From assembly GCA_964623205.1 (NCBI GenBank), contig CAZUQX010000006.1:45354-109353 (forward strand): DNA of 64,000 nt, written 5' to 3'. The stretch's first letter is position 1. Every line of letters starts with the position of its first letter. The notes below the pieces were generated by a model. The model did not search any database. It saw only the letters and a list, made by a program, of their open reading frames with translations, and was not told the origin of the DNA. This document shows, one piece after another, positions 19,240 through 28,626 of this stretch. This DNA is from an uncultured Candidatus Bathyarchaeia archaeon. GTDB lineage: Archaea; Thermoproteota; Bathyarchaeia; Bathyarchaeales; Bathyarchaeaceae. A program made the translations under genes and the position numbers.

Positions 19240-20172
19240 TTGCTCGAATATATAGCTGCTGAGAGGAACCCTAATTTGAGTTTGGTTAGTTTTGTTAAAA
19301 TTCGAAAAAACACAATAGATTCATTGAGGCAATCTGTTCTTGAATCATTAAACCTGATAGGCTACTCATTCAAAAAGGAAATTAAGAATGTTGTTATTAA
19401 ACCTAACATGTGCTATTACTGGGACTACACAACAGGACAGACCACAGACCCAAAATTCGTAGCCGCACTAATCGACGTAATCCGAGATCAGATTTCAACC
19501 AATGTAAATATCTCTATTGTGGAAGCAGATGCCTCAGCCATGAGGTGTAAATATGCATTTAAAATACTCGGTTATGAAAAGATGGCAAAAGAGTATAATG
19601 CAAAACTAGTGAATCTATCGAAAGATAAGAGCGAAAACGTCGATGTTTCAGTTGACGGGCAAAGCTTCCAGTTTATGTTGCCTCAAACCATTCGAAACGC
19701 TGACCTGCGCATTAATGTCCCAAAAATCAAATATATGATGATTACAAAAATTTCAGGTGCACTAAAAAATATTTTTGGTTGCAATCCAGTTATATCGAAA
19801 TATCAATTTCATCCACGAATAGACGAAACAATAGTCGCCCTCAACAAAATCATGAACTTTAACCTCTGTATCCTAGACGGCATAATCGTCGCGGGAAGGA
19901 AGCCTTCTAAACTTGACTTAATACTAGCTAGCCAAGATACGGTATCACTTGATGTAGCAGCAACAAAACTAACAGGCACAAATCCGAAATCGGTTCGACA
20001 TATCATGCTGGCCAACAAGGAAGGATTAGGGAATGCCTCGTTCATAGCAAAAGGAGAAAATCCAAAGTTTTTTGAAAAAAGATTTCCAAGAAAAAGATTG
20101 AAGGATAAAGTCTTACTTTCTGGATATAAATTTGCCTTGCGGACTGGTTTATTAGACTCTGAAATGTTGTAG
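19240..20172 (+). CDS. DUF362-domain protein
   Basis: 'VVIKPNMCYYWDYTTGQTTDPKFVAALIDVIRD' and 'LDGIIVAG' match my recollection of the DUF362 pattern. The start is uncertain (TTG 19240 or 19282). Confidence 0.5.
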   Translation: MLEYIAAERNPNLSLVSFVKIRKNTIDSLRQSVLESLNLIGYSFKKEIKNVVIKPNMCYYWDYTTGQTTDPKFVAALIDVIRDQISTNVNISIVEADASAMRCKYAFKILGYEKMAKEYNAKLVNLSKDKSENVDVSVDGQSFQFMLPQTIRNADLRINVPKIKYMMITKISGALKNIFGCNPVISKYQFHPRIDETIVALNKIMNFNLCILDGIIVAGRKPSKLDLILASQDTVSLDVAATKLTGTNPKSVRHIMLANKEGLGNASFIAKGENPKFFEKRFPRKRLKDKVLLSGYKFALRTGLLDSEML

Positions 20173-20186
20173 AGGAGCAAAATCAA

Positions 20187-21179
20187 ATGAATAAAATAAG
20201 ATTAGGCTTGATTGGTTTAGGATACATAGGTAAAGTTCACCTTCGAAACTGTCTAAAGCTAGATTCTGTTAAGCTCGTAGCAGTTTCAGATGTCTCAAAA
20301 AAAGCCCTAAACCTTGCTAAAAAAAAGGGAGTAAAAAAAACCTATAGCGATTACAAAATGCTCTTAATCGACGACAGTATTGATGCTGTCATAATAGCTT
20401 TACCCACTTTCCTTCACTTTCCTTGTGCTATAGAAGCCGCAAAAGCAGGGAAACACATAATGCTAGAAAAACCATTAGCTAAAAACGTAGCAGAAGGAAA
20501 AGAAATTATATCAACAGCCAAGAAGAACAATGTCAAACTAATGGTTGCATATCCCTTCAGATTCTCTTCTCCCTTTCAAGCTCTTAAATACAGAATCGAA
20601 AAAGCTGAATTTGGAGAAATACCGATCGCATACGCAACGAACATAGCATCGGGGCCATTTTTCCACAGAGCTGAGAGACACATACCCCGTCCAATCCCCG
20701 AATGGTGGTTTAAAAAAGAATTCACAGGCGGGGGGGCTCTCATCGACCTAGGTAGCCACATGATAAATTTGGTACGCTGGTATTTCGGCGAAGTTAGCAA
20801 CGTAAAAGCACATCTTGGGCACAAATTCGGATTTGACTTTGAAGATCACGCAAGTTGCATTGTCCAATTCACTTCAGGAACAAAAGCCATCATTAACGTA
20901 GGCTGGTTTTCCCAAAAAACCACGTTAGAAATCGAACTTTTCGGAACCGTCGACCATGCCTTTGCAAATCACACTCCACCAAGTAAAATTATCGCAGCAA
21001 TCAAGCTTATTTTTAGGAGGACTCCGGAATATTTTAAGCCGCATTTTAAAGAAATATCACACTTTATTGACTGTATACAAAAGAATTCACAGCCATTACC
21101 ATCAGGCGACGACGCACTCAAAGACTTAAAAGTAATTGAACAAGCATACAAAAACCAGATATATTTAGATTCCAGTTGA
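20187..21179 (+). CDS. Gfo/Idh/MocA-family oxidoreductase
   Basis: 'IRLGLIGLGYIGKVHLRN' and 'HIMLEKPLA'. GAGGAG lies upstream of the ATG. Confidence 0.8.
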   Translation: MNKIRLGLIGLGYIGKVHLRNCLKLDSVKLVAVSDVSKKALNLAKKKGVKKTYSDYKMLLIDDSIDAVIIALPTFLHFPCAIEAAKAGKHIMLEKPLAKNVAEGKEIISTAKKNNVKLMVAYPFRFSSPFQALKYRIEKAEFGEIPIAYATNIASGPFFHRAERHIPRPIPEWWFKKEFTGGGALIDLGSHMINLVRWYFGEVSNVKAHLGHKFGFDFEDHASCIVQFTSGTKAIINVGWFSQKTTLEIELFGTVDHAFANHTPPSKIIAAIKLIFRRTPEYFKPHFKEISHFIDCIQKNSQPLPSGDDALKDLKVIEQAYKNQIYLDSS

Positions 21180-21299
21180 CTCACAGAGCTCATTAGTGCG
21201 AACATAACTTTCTCCTTTCTTCGAACAATACCAAAAACCAGAGGTAGCTGAAGCTCCAAGATTTCATGCAATATGTCCCAATGTAGGTGGAAAACATCC

Positions 21300-22904
21300 A
21301 TGGAAAAAGCGTTGAAAATGGGAAAAGTCTCAGCAACCGGAAGTTTTCAACTGTTTGTTGGTGTGGCAACGTCCAGTGTAATAATGGCCGTTGGAGCAAT
21401 AATTTTGGCAAGACTGTTGTCACCTGCAGAATACGGGCTTTACACAGTGGCTTTGATTCCTTCAATGATGATAAATCTCTTCCGAGATTGGGGAGTGAAC
21501 TCCGCTATGGCAAAATACGTCGCACATTCTAGGGCGGCAGAAAAGAAGGAAAATGTACGCGACATAATAGCTGCAGGACTGATTTTCGAAATCTCAACCG
21601 GACTGGCCTTGTCGCTTCTATCAGTATTCCTCGCAGGCTCCATTGCCTCAACAATCTTTCATAGACCAGAGATAGCACCTCTAATATCCATAGTTTCCAT
21701 CACAATATTCTCAGGCTCATTATTAACAGCGGCTCAATCGAGCTTCGTTGGCTTCGAAAGAATGGAATTGCAAAGCATTACTCTCATCTGCCAAGCCGTA
21801 ATAAAAAGCGTGCTGGCACCACTACTAGTACTCCTAGGATTCGGAGCCCTAGGAGCAGTTCTAGGTTACACCCTCTCGTTTTTAGTCGCCGGTATCATCG
21901 GTTCTACCATACTATACTTCATTCTATTTAGGAATCTGAAAATAACCAAAATCAACCGATCCAAAACATTGAAAACCCTAAAGACCATGTTACATTACGG
22001 AGTTCCCCTTTCAATTTCATCTATCGTAGGAGGATTCCTACTACAGTTCTACGGTTTCATGATGGCATTCTACTGTAGCGACATAATGATAGGAAATTTC
22101 CAAGTCGCAACCAATTTTGCAATCCTCCTAACCTTTTTTACAATTCCAATATCAACCGTACTCTTCCCCGCCTTCGCAAAACTGGACCCACAAAACGAAC
22201 CCCAACTTCTCAAAACAGTCTTCACGTCCTCCGTGAAGTATACAACCATGCTTCTTGTACCCGCCACAGCAGCTATAATGGTCTTGTCAAAATCAATGGT
22301 TAGCACATTGTTTGGGGAACAATGGATTCATGCACCATTCTTCCTCACCTTATACGTTATAGGCAATCTGTTCTCAGGTTTCGGCAATCTAAGCATGGTA
22401 AACCTCTTAACCGGTCTCGGAGAAACCAAAACGCTAATGAAGCTGAGCTTGTTGACGCTGGTAATCGGTCTTCTACTAGCCTTTCTGCTGATCCCTCACA
22501 TGGGGATCGTAGGTGTCATACTTGGAAGTTTTTTTTCTGGTTTACCCAGTATGTTTTTGGGACTTCATTGGATCTGGAAATGCTATAAAGTCAAAGCAGA
22601 TTGGGAATCATCTGCAAAGATATTTGCAGCATCAATGATCGCAGCTGCAACCACCTATCTATTCCTAAACTTACTCAATACTGCTGAATGGTTAAGGCTT
22701 ATGACTGGTGGAATCGTTTTCTTAACCTCCTATATCATCGTAGCCCCGTATATAAGAGCAATCGTCCAAGATGACATCACCAATCTAAAACTCGCATTCT
22801 CCGGTCTGGGCTTCATTTCTAAGATAGCAAATCTGTTACTCGGCGTAGCAGAAAAAGTGGCTGGAATTAGTTCTGTGAGGAAAAAGAGTGAAAATATTAA
22901 ATGA
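21300..22904 (+). CDS. Oligosaccharide/polysaccharide flippase (MOP superfamily, Wzx-like)
   Basis: The protein has about 14 TM helices and an N-terminus of the type 'KGKVSATGSFQLFVGVATSSVI', typical of polysaccharide-biosynthesis (PST) transporters. The ATG at 21300 lies 9 nt after AGGTGG. Confidence 0.75.
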   Translation: MEKALKMGKVSATGSFQLFVGVATSSVIMAVGAIILARLLSPAEYGLYTVALIPSMMINLFRDWGVNSAMAKYVAHSRAAEKKENVRDIIAAGLIFEISTGLALSLLSVFLAGSIASTIFHRPEIAPLISIVSITIFSGSLLTAAQSSFVGFERMELQSITLICQAVIKSVLAPLLVLLGFGALGAVLGYTLSFLVAGIIGSTILYFILFRNLKITKINRSKTLKTLKTMLHYGVPLSISSIVGGFLLQFYGFMMAFYCSDIMIGNFQVATNFAILLTFFTIPISTVLFPAFAKLDPQNEPQLLKTVFTSSVKYTTMLLVPATAAIMVLSKSMVSTLFGEQWIHAPFFLTLYVIGNLFSGFGNLSMVNLLTGLGETKTLMKLSLLTLVIGLLLAFLLIPHMGIVGVILGSFFSGLPSMFLGLHWIWKCYKVKADWESSAKIFAASMIAAATTYLFLNLLNTAEWLRLMTGGIVFLTSYIIVAPYIRAIVQDDITNLKLAFSGLGFISKIANLLLGVAEKVAGISSVRKKSENIK

Positions 22905-22981
22905 TTACCATTATATATACAGTATAATGAGCTCGCGCCTTTTATATTATCAACTCTACTAAAATATGCAAGTGTGGAACT

Positions 22982-23491
22982 ATGAGTAGAATCCGTTCCT
23001 TCATCGATTTTTTTAGATCTTTGGATAAAAAAGTATTGTTACTATTAATTGTCACTTTATCATCTATTGCCATCACTACTATAATACCTATATTATTAGT
23101 CAAGCACACAGATATATACATCCCAAGCATCGGAACCATAAAGACAATAGGTGTCGAAGCTTACTGGGACCGCGACAATGAAAACAAAACAGAAACAATA
23201 GACTGGGGCACAATCTGGATTAGGACATCAAAAAACATGACACTTTACATACGCAGTGTCAGTAACTATGAAGTAACTCTAAAGCTTAATGCGACAAACT
23301 GGATCCCCGCCAGAATTGCAGATTACATGACCTTATCTTGGGACTACAATGGAATGTCCATCAATCCAGGCGAAATTATCCAAGTAACACTGATTTTGTC
23401 AACTTCTTTTTCCGGTTCTTTCGTTAACTATCTGATCATCAACGATGTACAAAGCTTCTCCTTCGACATTCACATCGTCGCTTATGAATAG
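22982..23491 (+). CDS. Small exported/anchored beta-sandwich protein, paralogue A
   Basis: An N-terminal hydrophobic helix is present. The core 'GTIKTIGVEAY...IDWGTI...YIRS...NWIP...LSWDYNGMSINPGEIIQVTLIL...FSFDIHIV' aligns with the protein at 28627-29088. Confidence 0.6.
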   Translation: MSRIRSFIDFFRSLDKKVLLLLIVTLSSIAITTIIPILLVKHTDIYIPSIGTIKTIGVEAYWDRDNENKTETIDWGTIWIRTSKNMTLYIRSVSNYEVTLKLNATNWIPARIADYMTLSWDYNGMSINPGEIIQVTLILSTSFSGSFVNYLIINDVQSFSFDIHIVAYE

Positions 23492-23493
23492 AT

Positions 23494-23504
23494 TGCGCGC
23501 GCGG
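23494..23504. repeat. Intergenic alternating-GC motif
   Basis: TGCGCGCGCGG lies 3 nt after the stop at 23491. Confidence 0.75.
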
Positions 23505-23611
23505 ATCTAGAGAGTGGCACCTATAGAAGTTTCTTCTAGTTCCAATTTCCTTAAATGCTTAAATATACATACACAATTCTTAAGTTTCCATGGGCTTTAT
23601 GGGTATGTAAG

Positions 23612-24463
23612 ATGAAAAAACGTTTATCCTTCCTTCTCATTATTTTAGTCTTAATACTTATAGTCTCAACCAATATTATAAATGTGACTGCAGTTCAATT
23701 TTGGCATAAAGATACAACTACCAAAGGCAACTGGATTGAAAACGTTGGTGGCACATGGGTTAAAAATTATGGCCAAGACGGTTACATATTGTCCGCATTT
23801 GATTCACAGGGCCACAACAATGACGAATGGCAACAGAGCTTTGATAGAAAGAGCCTGCCACCCTACATAACCAATTACACGGTTTCAGGAACTGGAGGAG
23901 CGAGCCCATTGTCACCAGGAACCGCTGGAGTATACACCGTAGCTGCCCCAACCTCAGACGAGAGGGCTTTGATAGACCCAGATATTCTAGGCCACCCAGA
24001 CGTTCTAGACAAGAGAAGGGACACACACTGGTTCACCACCCCCAACGACCACCCAGACACAGTGCTCACAGTGGAATTGGAATTTTCAGGGACTGCACCT
24101 GAAAAAGTTTTCCACCTGTCGCTTTATTTCTTGAACACTGATCAAAACAATAAACTTAACGTCACAGTATCTGACGAAGAGCCTTTCGGTGCTCCACAAT
24201 CGTGGTCAGTAGTGATCGAACCTGATGAGGCAAAGACAGGGGTATACCTAGTGTTCACGGTCTATGGCCCCACAAAATTAGAAATAAGACTGTTTCCTGA
24301 AAATAATTACAATCCCTGCATTTCCGGAATATTCATTGATTCAATAACCTTGCCGTCCCACGTTATTCCCGAAGTTCCCTTAGGCACAGTATCAGCATTA
24401 ATTGCATGTTTTATACCGCTAATGCTGCTGAAAAAAATAAAAAGAAAACATGCAAGTGAGTAG
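23612..24463 (+). CDS. Secreted protein with HVIPEVP-type (PEF-CTERM-like) C-terminal sorting signal
   Basis: The signal peptide is 'MKKRLSFLLIILVLILIV'. The C-terminus is 'SHVIPEVPLGTVSALIACFIPLMLLKKIKRK'. Confidence 0.7.
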   Translation: MKKRLSFLLIILVLILIVSTNIINVTAVQFWHKDTTTKGNWIENVGGTWVKNYGQDGYILSAFDSQGHNNDEWQQSFDRKSLPPYITNYTVSGTGGASPLSPGTAGVYTVAAPTSDERALIDPDILGHPDVLDKRRDTHWFTTPNDHPDTVLTVELEFSGTAPEKVFHLSLYFLNTDQNNKLNVTVSDEEPFGAPQSWSVVIEPDEAKTGVYLVFTVYGPTKLEIRLFPENNYNPCISGIFIDSITLPSHVIPEVPLGTVSALIACFIPLMLLKKIKRKHASE

Positions 24464-24539
24464 TGACTCCAATTTCGAAAAAGCCATTGTTGTTAGTCAC
24501 TTTCTATAAGTTAAACCTAAGGAGGGAATAATAAACGAA

Positions 24540-26579
24540 ATGTCTAGCGTATTTCGAAGCATACTCTTAAAATTTAAGAAACATTATCTTCTTGTACTCT
24601 CAGCTATTCTAATTCCGCTAATGATTTTGATTGTATATTCGCAGGACCTTTCTATCCTAGTCAACGAAGCTTTGCATAGTGAAGCAGTAAGCCATGTCGT
24701 TCTTGTTCCATTTTTAATTTCTTATATCGTGTACAGGAAAAGAGATGTAATCAGGGCTACTTCTGAATTTGAGAAGCTACGGCAGCGTTCAAGAACATCT
24801 GTCTTAACTGAGGTTGTCGGCATAAGTTTCTGTCTCTCTGCTTTTCTAATATATTGGTACGGCTCATCTACCTTCAATCCACTAGAATATCACCTTATCT
24901 CTCTTCCCATATTCCTTACAGGCATATTGCTCATCCTTTTTAACCTGAAAATGGTCATTATACTCATCTTTCCAATTCTGTTTCTGTTGTTTCTCATACC
25001 AATCCCCACGGAAATAACATACACAGCAGGAGCGTCAATTGGAAACTTTGCCACACAAGCCTCTTACACATTACTCAACACGTTTGGTCTGCCCGTAGCT
25101 CTGCAATCTGCTTATGGACCTCCAACAATTACAGTCAACACTCCTTCTGGCGCACCAATGCTATTTGCCGTAGATTTAGCATGTTCAGGAATCTATTCAT
25201 TAATTGCGTTCATAACGTTTGCCACTTTTTTAGCCTATATCATTCAAGGTTCACTCCTCAAAAAGGCTGGTTTATTTCTTCTTGGTTTCATAATATTGCA
25301 ACTACTAAATGTCATTCGAATATCCACAATTGTGGCGGTTGGCTACTGGTTTGGCGAAGAAATTGCCATGGCAATATTCCATGTGGCAGCAGGATGGATT
25401 CTCATCTTCGGTGGAATATTGCTGCTCCTACTGATTGGTGAAAAGCTTTTACATCTCAAAATATTTCGCGGTTCAAATGAAACCCCCTCATGCTCCAAAT
25501 GCATCACCAGCCTCCAAAAACAAGAACTATTCTGCTCATACTGTGGAAAATTTCTTAAAAACTTGAAAGTTCCAATAAAAATTTCAGGACGATTTTGGGT
25601 AAAGGTTACGGCTCTGCTGGTTGGTCTATTTCTAGTTGCTTCGAGCATACAAGCGCCAGTATTCGCTTTTGCCCAAGGATTAACGTTTACAAATCCCAAC
25701 TTGGAAGATAGTACTGAAGTTTTCCCAGAGTTTACAGGCTACCAATTGATTTTTCTTTATCGAGACGCTGAATACGAAAAACTAGCTAACCAAGATGCTT
25801 CACTCCTCTATGCTTACATACCTCTAAACATGTCCACACCAACAGTTTATGTTGACATAGGAGTTGCAGATTCGATAACTAATCTCCATAACTGGGAAGT
25901 ATGCTATGTTACCATGCAAATTTCGCAGGGACGTCAACCATTGGTATCAGTGCTCGATTCTAGGGACATTCAAATTGTGGAAAACCCTCCTATAATCGCC
26001 CGCTACTTCGTCTTCGACAGCCTTGAAAATTACACTCAAATTACTCTCTATTGGTACGAAAAAGCGTTGTTCAACACAGGCCTCACTGTTGAATCAAAAT
26101 ACGTTAGAATAAGCCTGCTAATTCTAGCACCAGATTCAACAACATACCCCATACATGAGGAAACATTACTGCAATTTGCGCTGTCAATTTCAACATTTTG
26201 GGAACCGCTAAAAACACAATCCATTCTTTCTCTAAGCGTTCCTCTTCAGCAATTGCTCCTTGGTGCCTCAATACTTTCCATAATTGTCATCGGGACTACC
26301 CAATACACGCAAAAAGGGAGAAAAAAAATGAGCAACCTAAAGATTTTTGAAAGATTCATTCAGCCGAGTGAAAAGATGCTATTTCAAATTGTAAAGAAGG
26401 CAAATGAAAGAACTGGAGCTTCAACTAGAGAAATTGCTCACGCTCTTGAACAAGCCACAAGCAAACCCGTTGAATCAGAGGAGTTAATTCGTATGTTAAA
26501 GCATCTGCAAGAAAATGGGCTTGTAGAAATTGATATCATAACCAAAAATGATGAGCCGCAACTTGTTTGGAAGCCCTAA
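24540..26579 (+). CDS. Archaeosortase-family protein fused to a zinc ribbon, an EpsI-like ectodomain and a C-terminal wHTH
   Basis: The signature residues appear in context: 'VDLACSGIYS' (Cys215), 'LLNVIRIST' (Arg260) and 'FHVAAGW' (His281). These are followed by 'CSKC-x10-CSYC', a TM helix, the EpsI-like 'SITNLHNWEVCY', another TM helix, and a tail containing 'GASTREIAHALEQ...NGLVEIDI'. AAGGAGGG lies upstream of the ATG. Confidence 0.8.
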   Translation: MSSVFRSILLKFKKHYLLVLSAILIPLMILIVYSQDLSILVNEALHSEAVSHVVLVPFLISYIVYRKRDVIRATSEFEKLRQRSRTSVLTEVVGISFCLSAFLIYWYGSSTFNPLEYHLISLPIFLTGILLILFNLKMVIILIFPILFLLFLIPIPTEITYTAGASIGNFATQASYTLLNTFGLPVALQSAYGPPTITVNTPSGAPMLFAVDLACSGIYSLIAFITFATFLAYIIQGSLLKKAGLFLLGFIILQLLNVIRISTIVAVGYWFGEEIAMAIFHVAAGWILIFGGILLLLLIGEKLLHLKIFRGSNETPSCSKCITSLQKQELFCSYCGKFLKNLKVPIKISGRFWVKVTALLVGLFLVASSIQAPVFAFAQGLTFTNPNLEDSTEVFPEFTGYQLIFLYRDAEYEKLANQDASLLYAYIPLNMSTPTVYVDIGVADSITNLHNWEVCYVTMQISQGRQPLVSVLDSRDIQIVENPPIIARYFVFDSLENYTQITLYWYEKALFNTGLTVESKYVRISLLILAPDSTTYPIHEETLLQFALSISTFWEPLKTQSILSLSVPLQQLLLGASILSIIVIGTTQYTQKGRKKMSNLKIFERFIQPSEKMLFQIVKKANERTGASTREIAHALEQATSKPVESEELIRMLKHLQENGLVEIDIITKNDEPQLVWKP

Positions 26580-26779
26580 TGTCGAAGGTCCATGTCAAAA
26601 AGACGCTACCTCTTTGTGCTTTGTCTATTCGTATGGAATTATTCGGTGACGGTACATCCATATAGAAAATCGGAATACCTTACTCGAAAACTATTCTATA
26701 ACATTGAGGCCACTTTTCTATATATCTTAAAATACTCAAAGTTTCGTAGGATACACAAAGCAAAAACAGAGATAGAAAA

Positions 26780-27235
26780 ATGAAGAAAATAATGTTTCCA
26801 TTAGTTACGCTATTACTGGCGTCCTTTCTGCTGATAGGCATGGCTCAAGCTGTGTCTGTTGTAGTTACCACTCTCCCAGAGACGATGATCTCTGGAGAAT
26901 CAACAATAATAACCGTCACTTGTGATGTAGAAGCTTCCGGGTCAATAACGGTCTATACCCCTTCTGGCGATCCATACGCAGTACCCATAGCAGTATCAGC
27001 AGGGGGTTCAGATTCAGCAACGTATCCCGATGACTTCCTAGGCGCAAGCTCAAGTGAGATTGGAGAATATGAGGTTACCGTCGTCCTCAGTGGGGAAGAA
27101 TTCAAAGCGAGTTTCTGGGTATCCTTTGGAGTGCACATGGTGCCTGAGATTCCGATAGTTGGAACGGTTGGTGCCATAGCAGCTATGTTGTCAGGCCTCG
27201 GACTTTTCATAGTCAGAAAAAGAAGACCAAAATAA
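26780..27235 (+). CDS. Small secreted protein with HMVPEIP-type C-terminal sorting signal
   Basis: The signal peptide ends '...LLIGMAQA'. The C-terminus is 'VHMVPEIPIVGTVGAIAAMLSGLGLFIVRKRRPK'. The core 'YPDDFLG...EIGEYEV' is shared with the protein at 33811-34416. Confidence 0.7.
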   Translation: MKKIMFPLVTLLLASFLLIGMAQAVSVVVTTLPETMISGESTIITVTCDVEASGSITVYTPSGDPYAVPIAVSAGGSDSATYPDDFLGASSSEIGEYEVTVVLSGEEFKASFWVSFGVHMVPEIPIVGTVGAIAAMLSGLGLFIVRKRRPK

Positions 27236-27435
27236 GCTGCAACTAAGTTAGTGTTACTACTTCCCACTGGAATTTTCTATAAGCACACGCTTTTTTTCTG
27301 ACATATTAGACTACCGAAGGCTTAAACTTATTCTCCTCACAATAAAGTCTTTAATATCTAAGGGACTATCAGATTCTCCAGAAGCCGTAACATTAAAAAT
27401 TAGAGATTACAATATACAATCAAGGATGCGTTTCA

Positions 27436-28332
27436 ATGACCCCCTCTGCTACTAAAGCTTTAGAAGATTCACAGAAAGAAAACGAGCGGTTAAAGCATGA
27501 AATGCTGAGGTCCAAAAAAATTCCTTCTAACAAAATCGGAATTGCATTACTAATCATTGGAGCACTGCCGCTCTCCCTTTCCATCATAGCTTCATCAACG
27601 ATTCTGCTTCCCGCTTCCATCATAGCTTCCTCAACGACTCTTACTTTTATCGGGTTAGCACTGACATTCTGGGGAATCCTATTCCTCTTCGCTAGACCAA
27701 CTAAATTCGTAAGAAGTAATCTCTTGGATTCCACCGCCATCTCATCCTACACCACAATCGATCGAATAATAGATGACCTGAACTACAAGGGAAAATGCAT
27801 ATACATACCGCCATATCCCAAGGAAGCATACATCCCAGAACACATGAAAGGACTAAAAGAAATGATCGTCTTCATTTCAGCTAAAAAAACCACAGGCATC
27901 CCCACTATAGAAGAAATGGCAAAAAAGCAATTTTTAGTCAAAAATCCTAAAGGAATATGCATTACACCTCCAGGTTCGGGTCTCGTAAGCCTTTTTGAAA
28001 GTGAATTGAAAAGGAACTTCACAGAGATCATTCAGGAGAGCCTTTACGAGAGTTTACAAACAGTCATCGTGAACAATTTAGAATTAGCTAGCAACTTTGA
28101 GGTCAATCCTGAAAACGAACTAATTCACGTAACAATCACCAATTCAGTCTACAACGACCTCTACTCCAAAGAACAGAAACTGAAAAGCGTTAACACTGTT
28201 GGATGCCCATTAACAAGCGCCATAGCATGTGCCCTAGCCAAAACAACTGGAAAATCTGTGACCATAAACAAGAATAACATTTCTCCGGATTTAAAAACCG
28301 TTGAAGTATGGTATCAAACCTTAGAAGGTTAG
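27436..28332 (+). CDS. Membrane protein of unknown function (N-terminal coiled segment, 2-3 TM helices, soluble domain of about 200 aa)
   Basis: ATG start. The TM region contains an in-frame 36-nt tandem duplication ('SIIASSTILLPA' / 'SIIASSTTLTFI'). I recognise no family motif. Confidence 0.5.
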   Translation: MTPSATKALEDSQKENERLKHEMLRSKKIPSNKIGIALLIIGALPLSLSIIASSTILLPASIIASSTTLTFIGLALTFWGILFLFARPTKFVRSNLLDSTAISSYTTIDRIIDDLNYKGKCIYIPPYPKEAYIPEHMKGLKEMIVFISAKKTTGIPTIEEMAKKQFLVKNPKGICITPPGSGLVSLFESELKRNFTEIIQESLYESLQTVIVNNLELASNFEVNPENELIHVTITNSVYNDLYSKEQKLKSVNTVGCPLTSAIACALAKTTGKSVTINKNNISPDLKTVEVWYQTLEG

Positions 28333-28336
28333 ACTA

Positions 28337-28543
28337 GTGGAATTTCCTCTTTCTATGTCAGACATTAGCCTTTGGATAGCAGTCATGGCAATAATTTTGC
28401 TTATAACCTCCGAACTCATAGCTCAACACTCAGATACCTTCGGAGACTTCGCCATAGACAAGACACGACTGCGCCTAGTAGCTCTTATACTAGGCGCCTC
28501 ATTCTTGGTCACAGTGATAATGCGAATATTTTCACCATTTTAA
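28337..28543 (+). CDS. Small 2-TM membrane protein
   Basis: The GTG start lies 5 nt after the previous stop. The two hydrophobic helices are 'LWIAVMAIILLITSELIA' and 'LVALILGASFLVTVIM'. Confidence 0.4.
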   Translation: MEFPLSMSDISLWIAVMAIILLITSELIAQHSDTFGDFAIDKTRLRLVALILGASFLVTVIMRIFSPF

Positions 28544-28552
28544 TCCCAAATC

Positions 28553-28562
28553 ACGCGCGCAC
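28553..28562. repeat. Intergenic alternating-GC motif
   Basis: ACGCGCGCAC lies 10 nt after the stop at 28543, between convergent genes. Confidence 0.75.
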
Positions 28563-28626
28563 TAAAGTATGATTTACCAATTAAAAAAAATATCAGGAGG
28601 GAGTTCGACGCATGGAACTCCTACAT

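Noticed and set aside
19809-21465. Minus-strand ORFs 19809-20186, 20576-20824, 20969-21301 and 21193-21465
   Set aside because: They are antisense to the DUF362, Gfo/Idh/MocA and flippase genes, which have clear motifs and SD-led starts.
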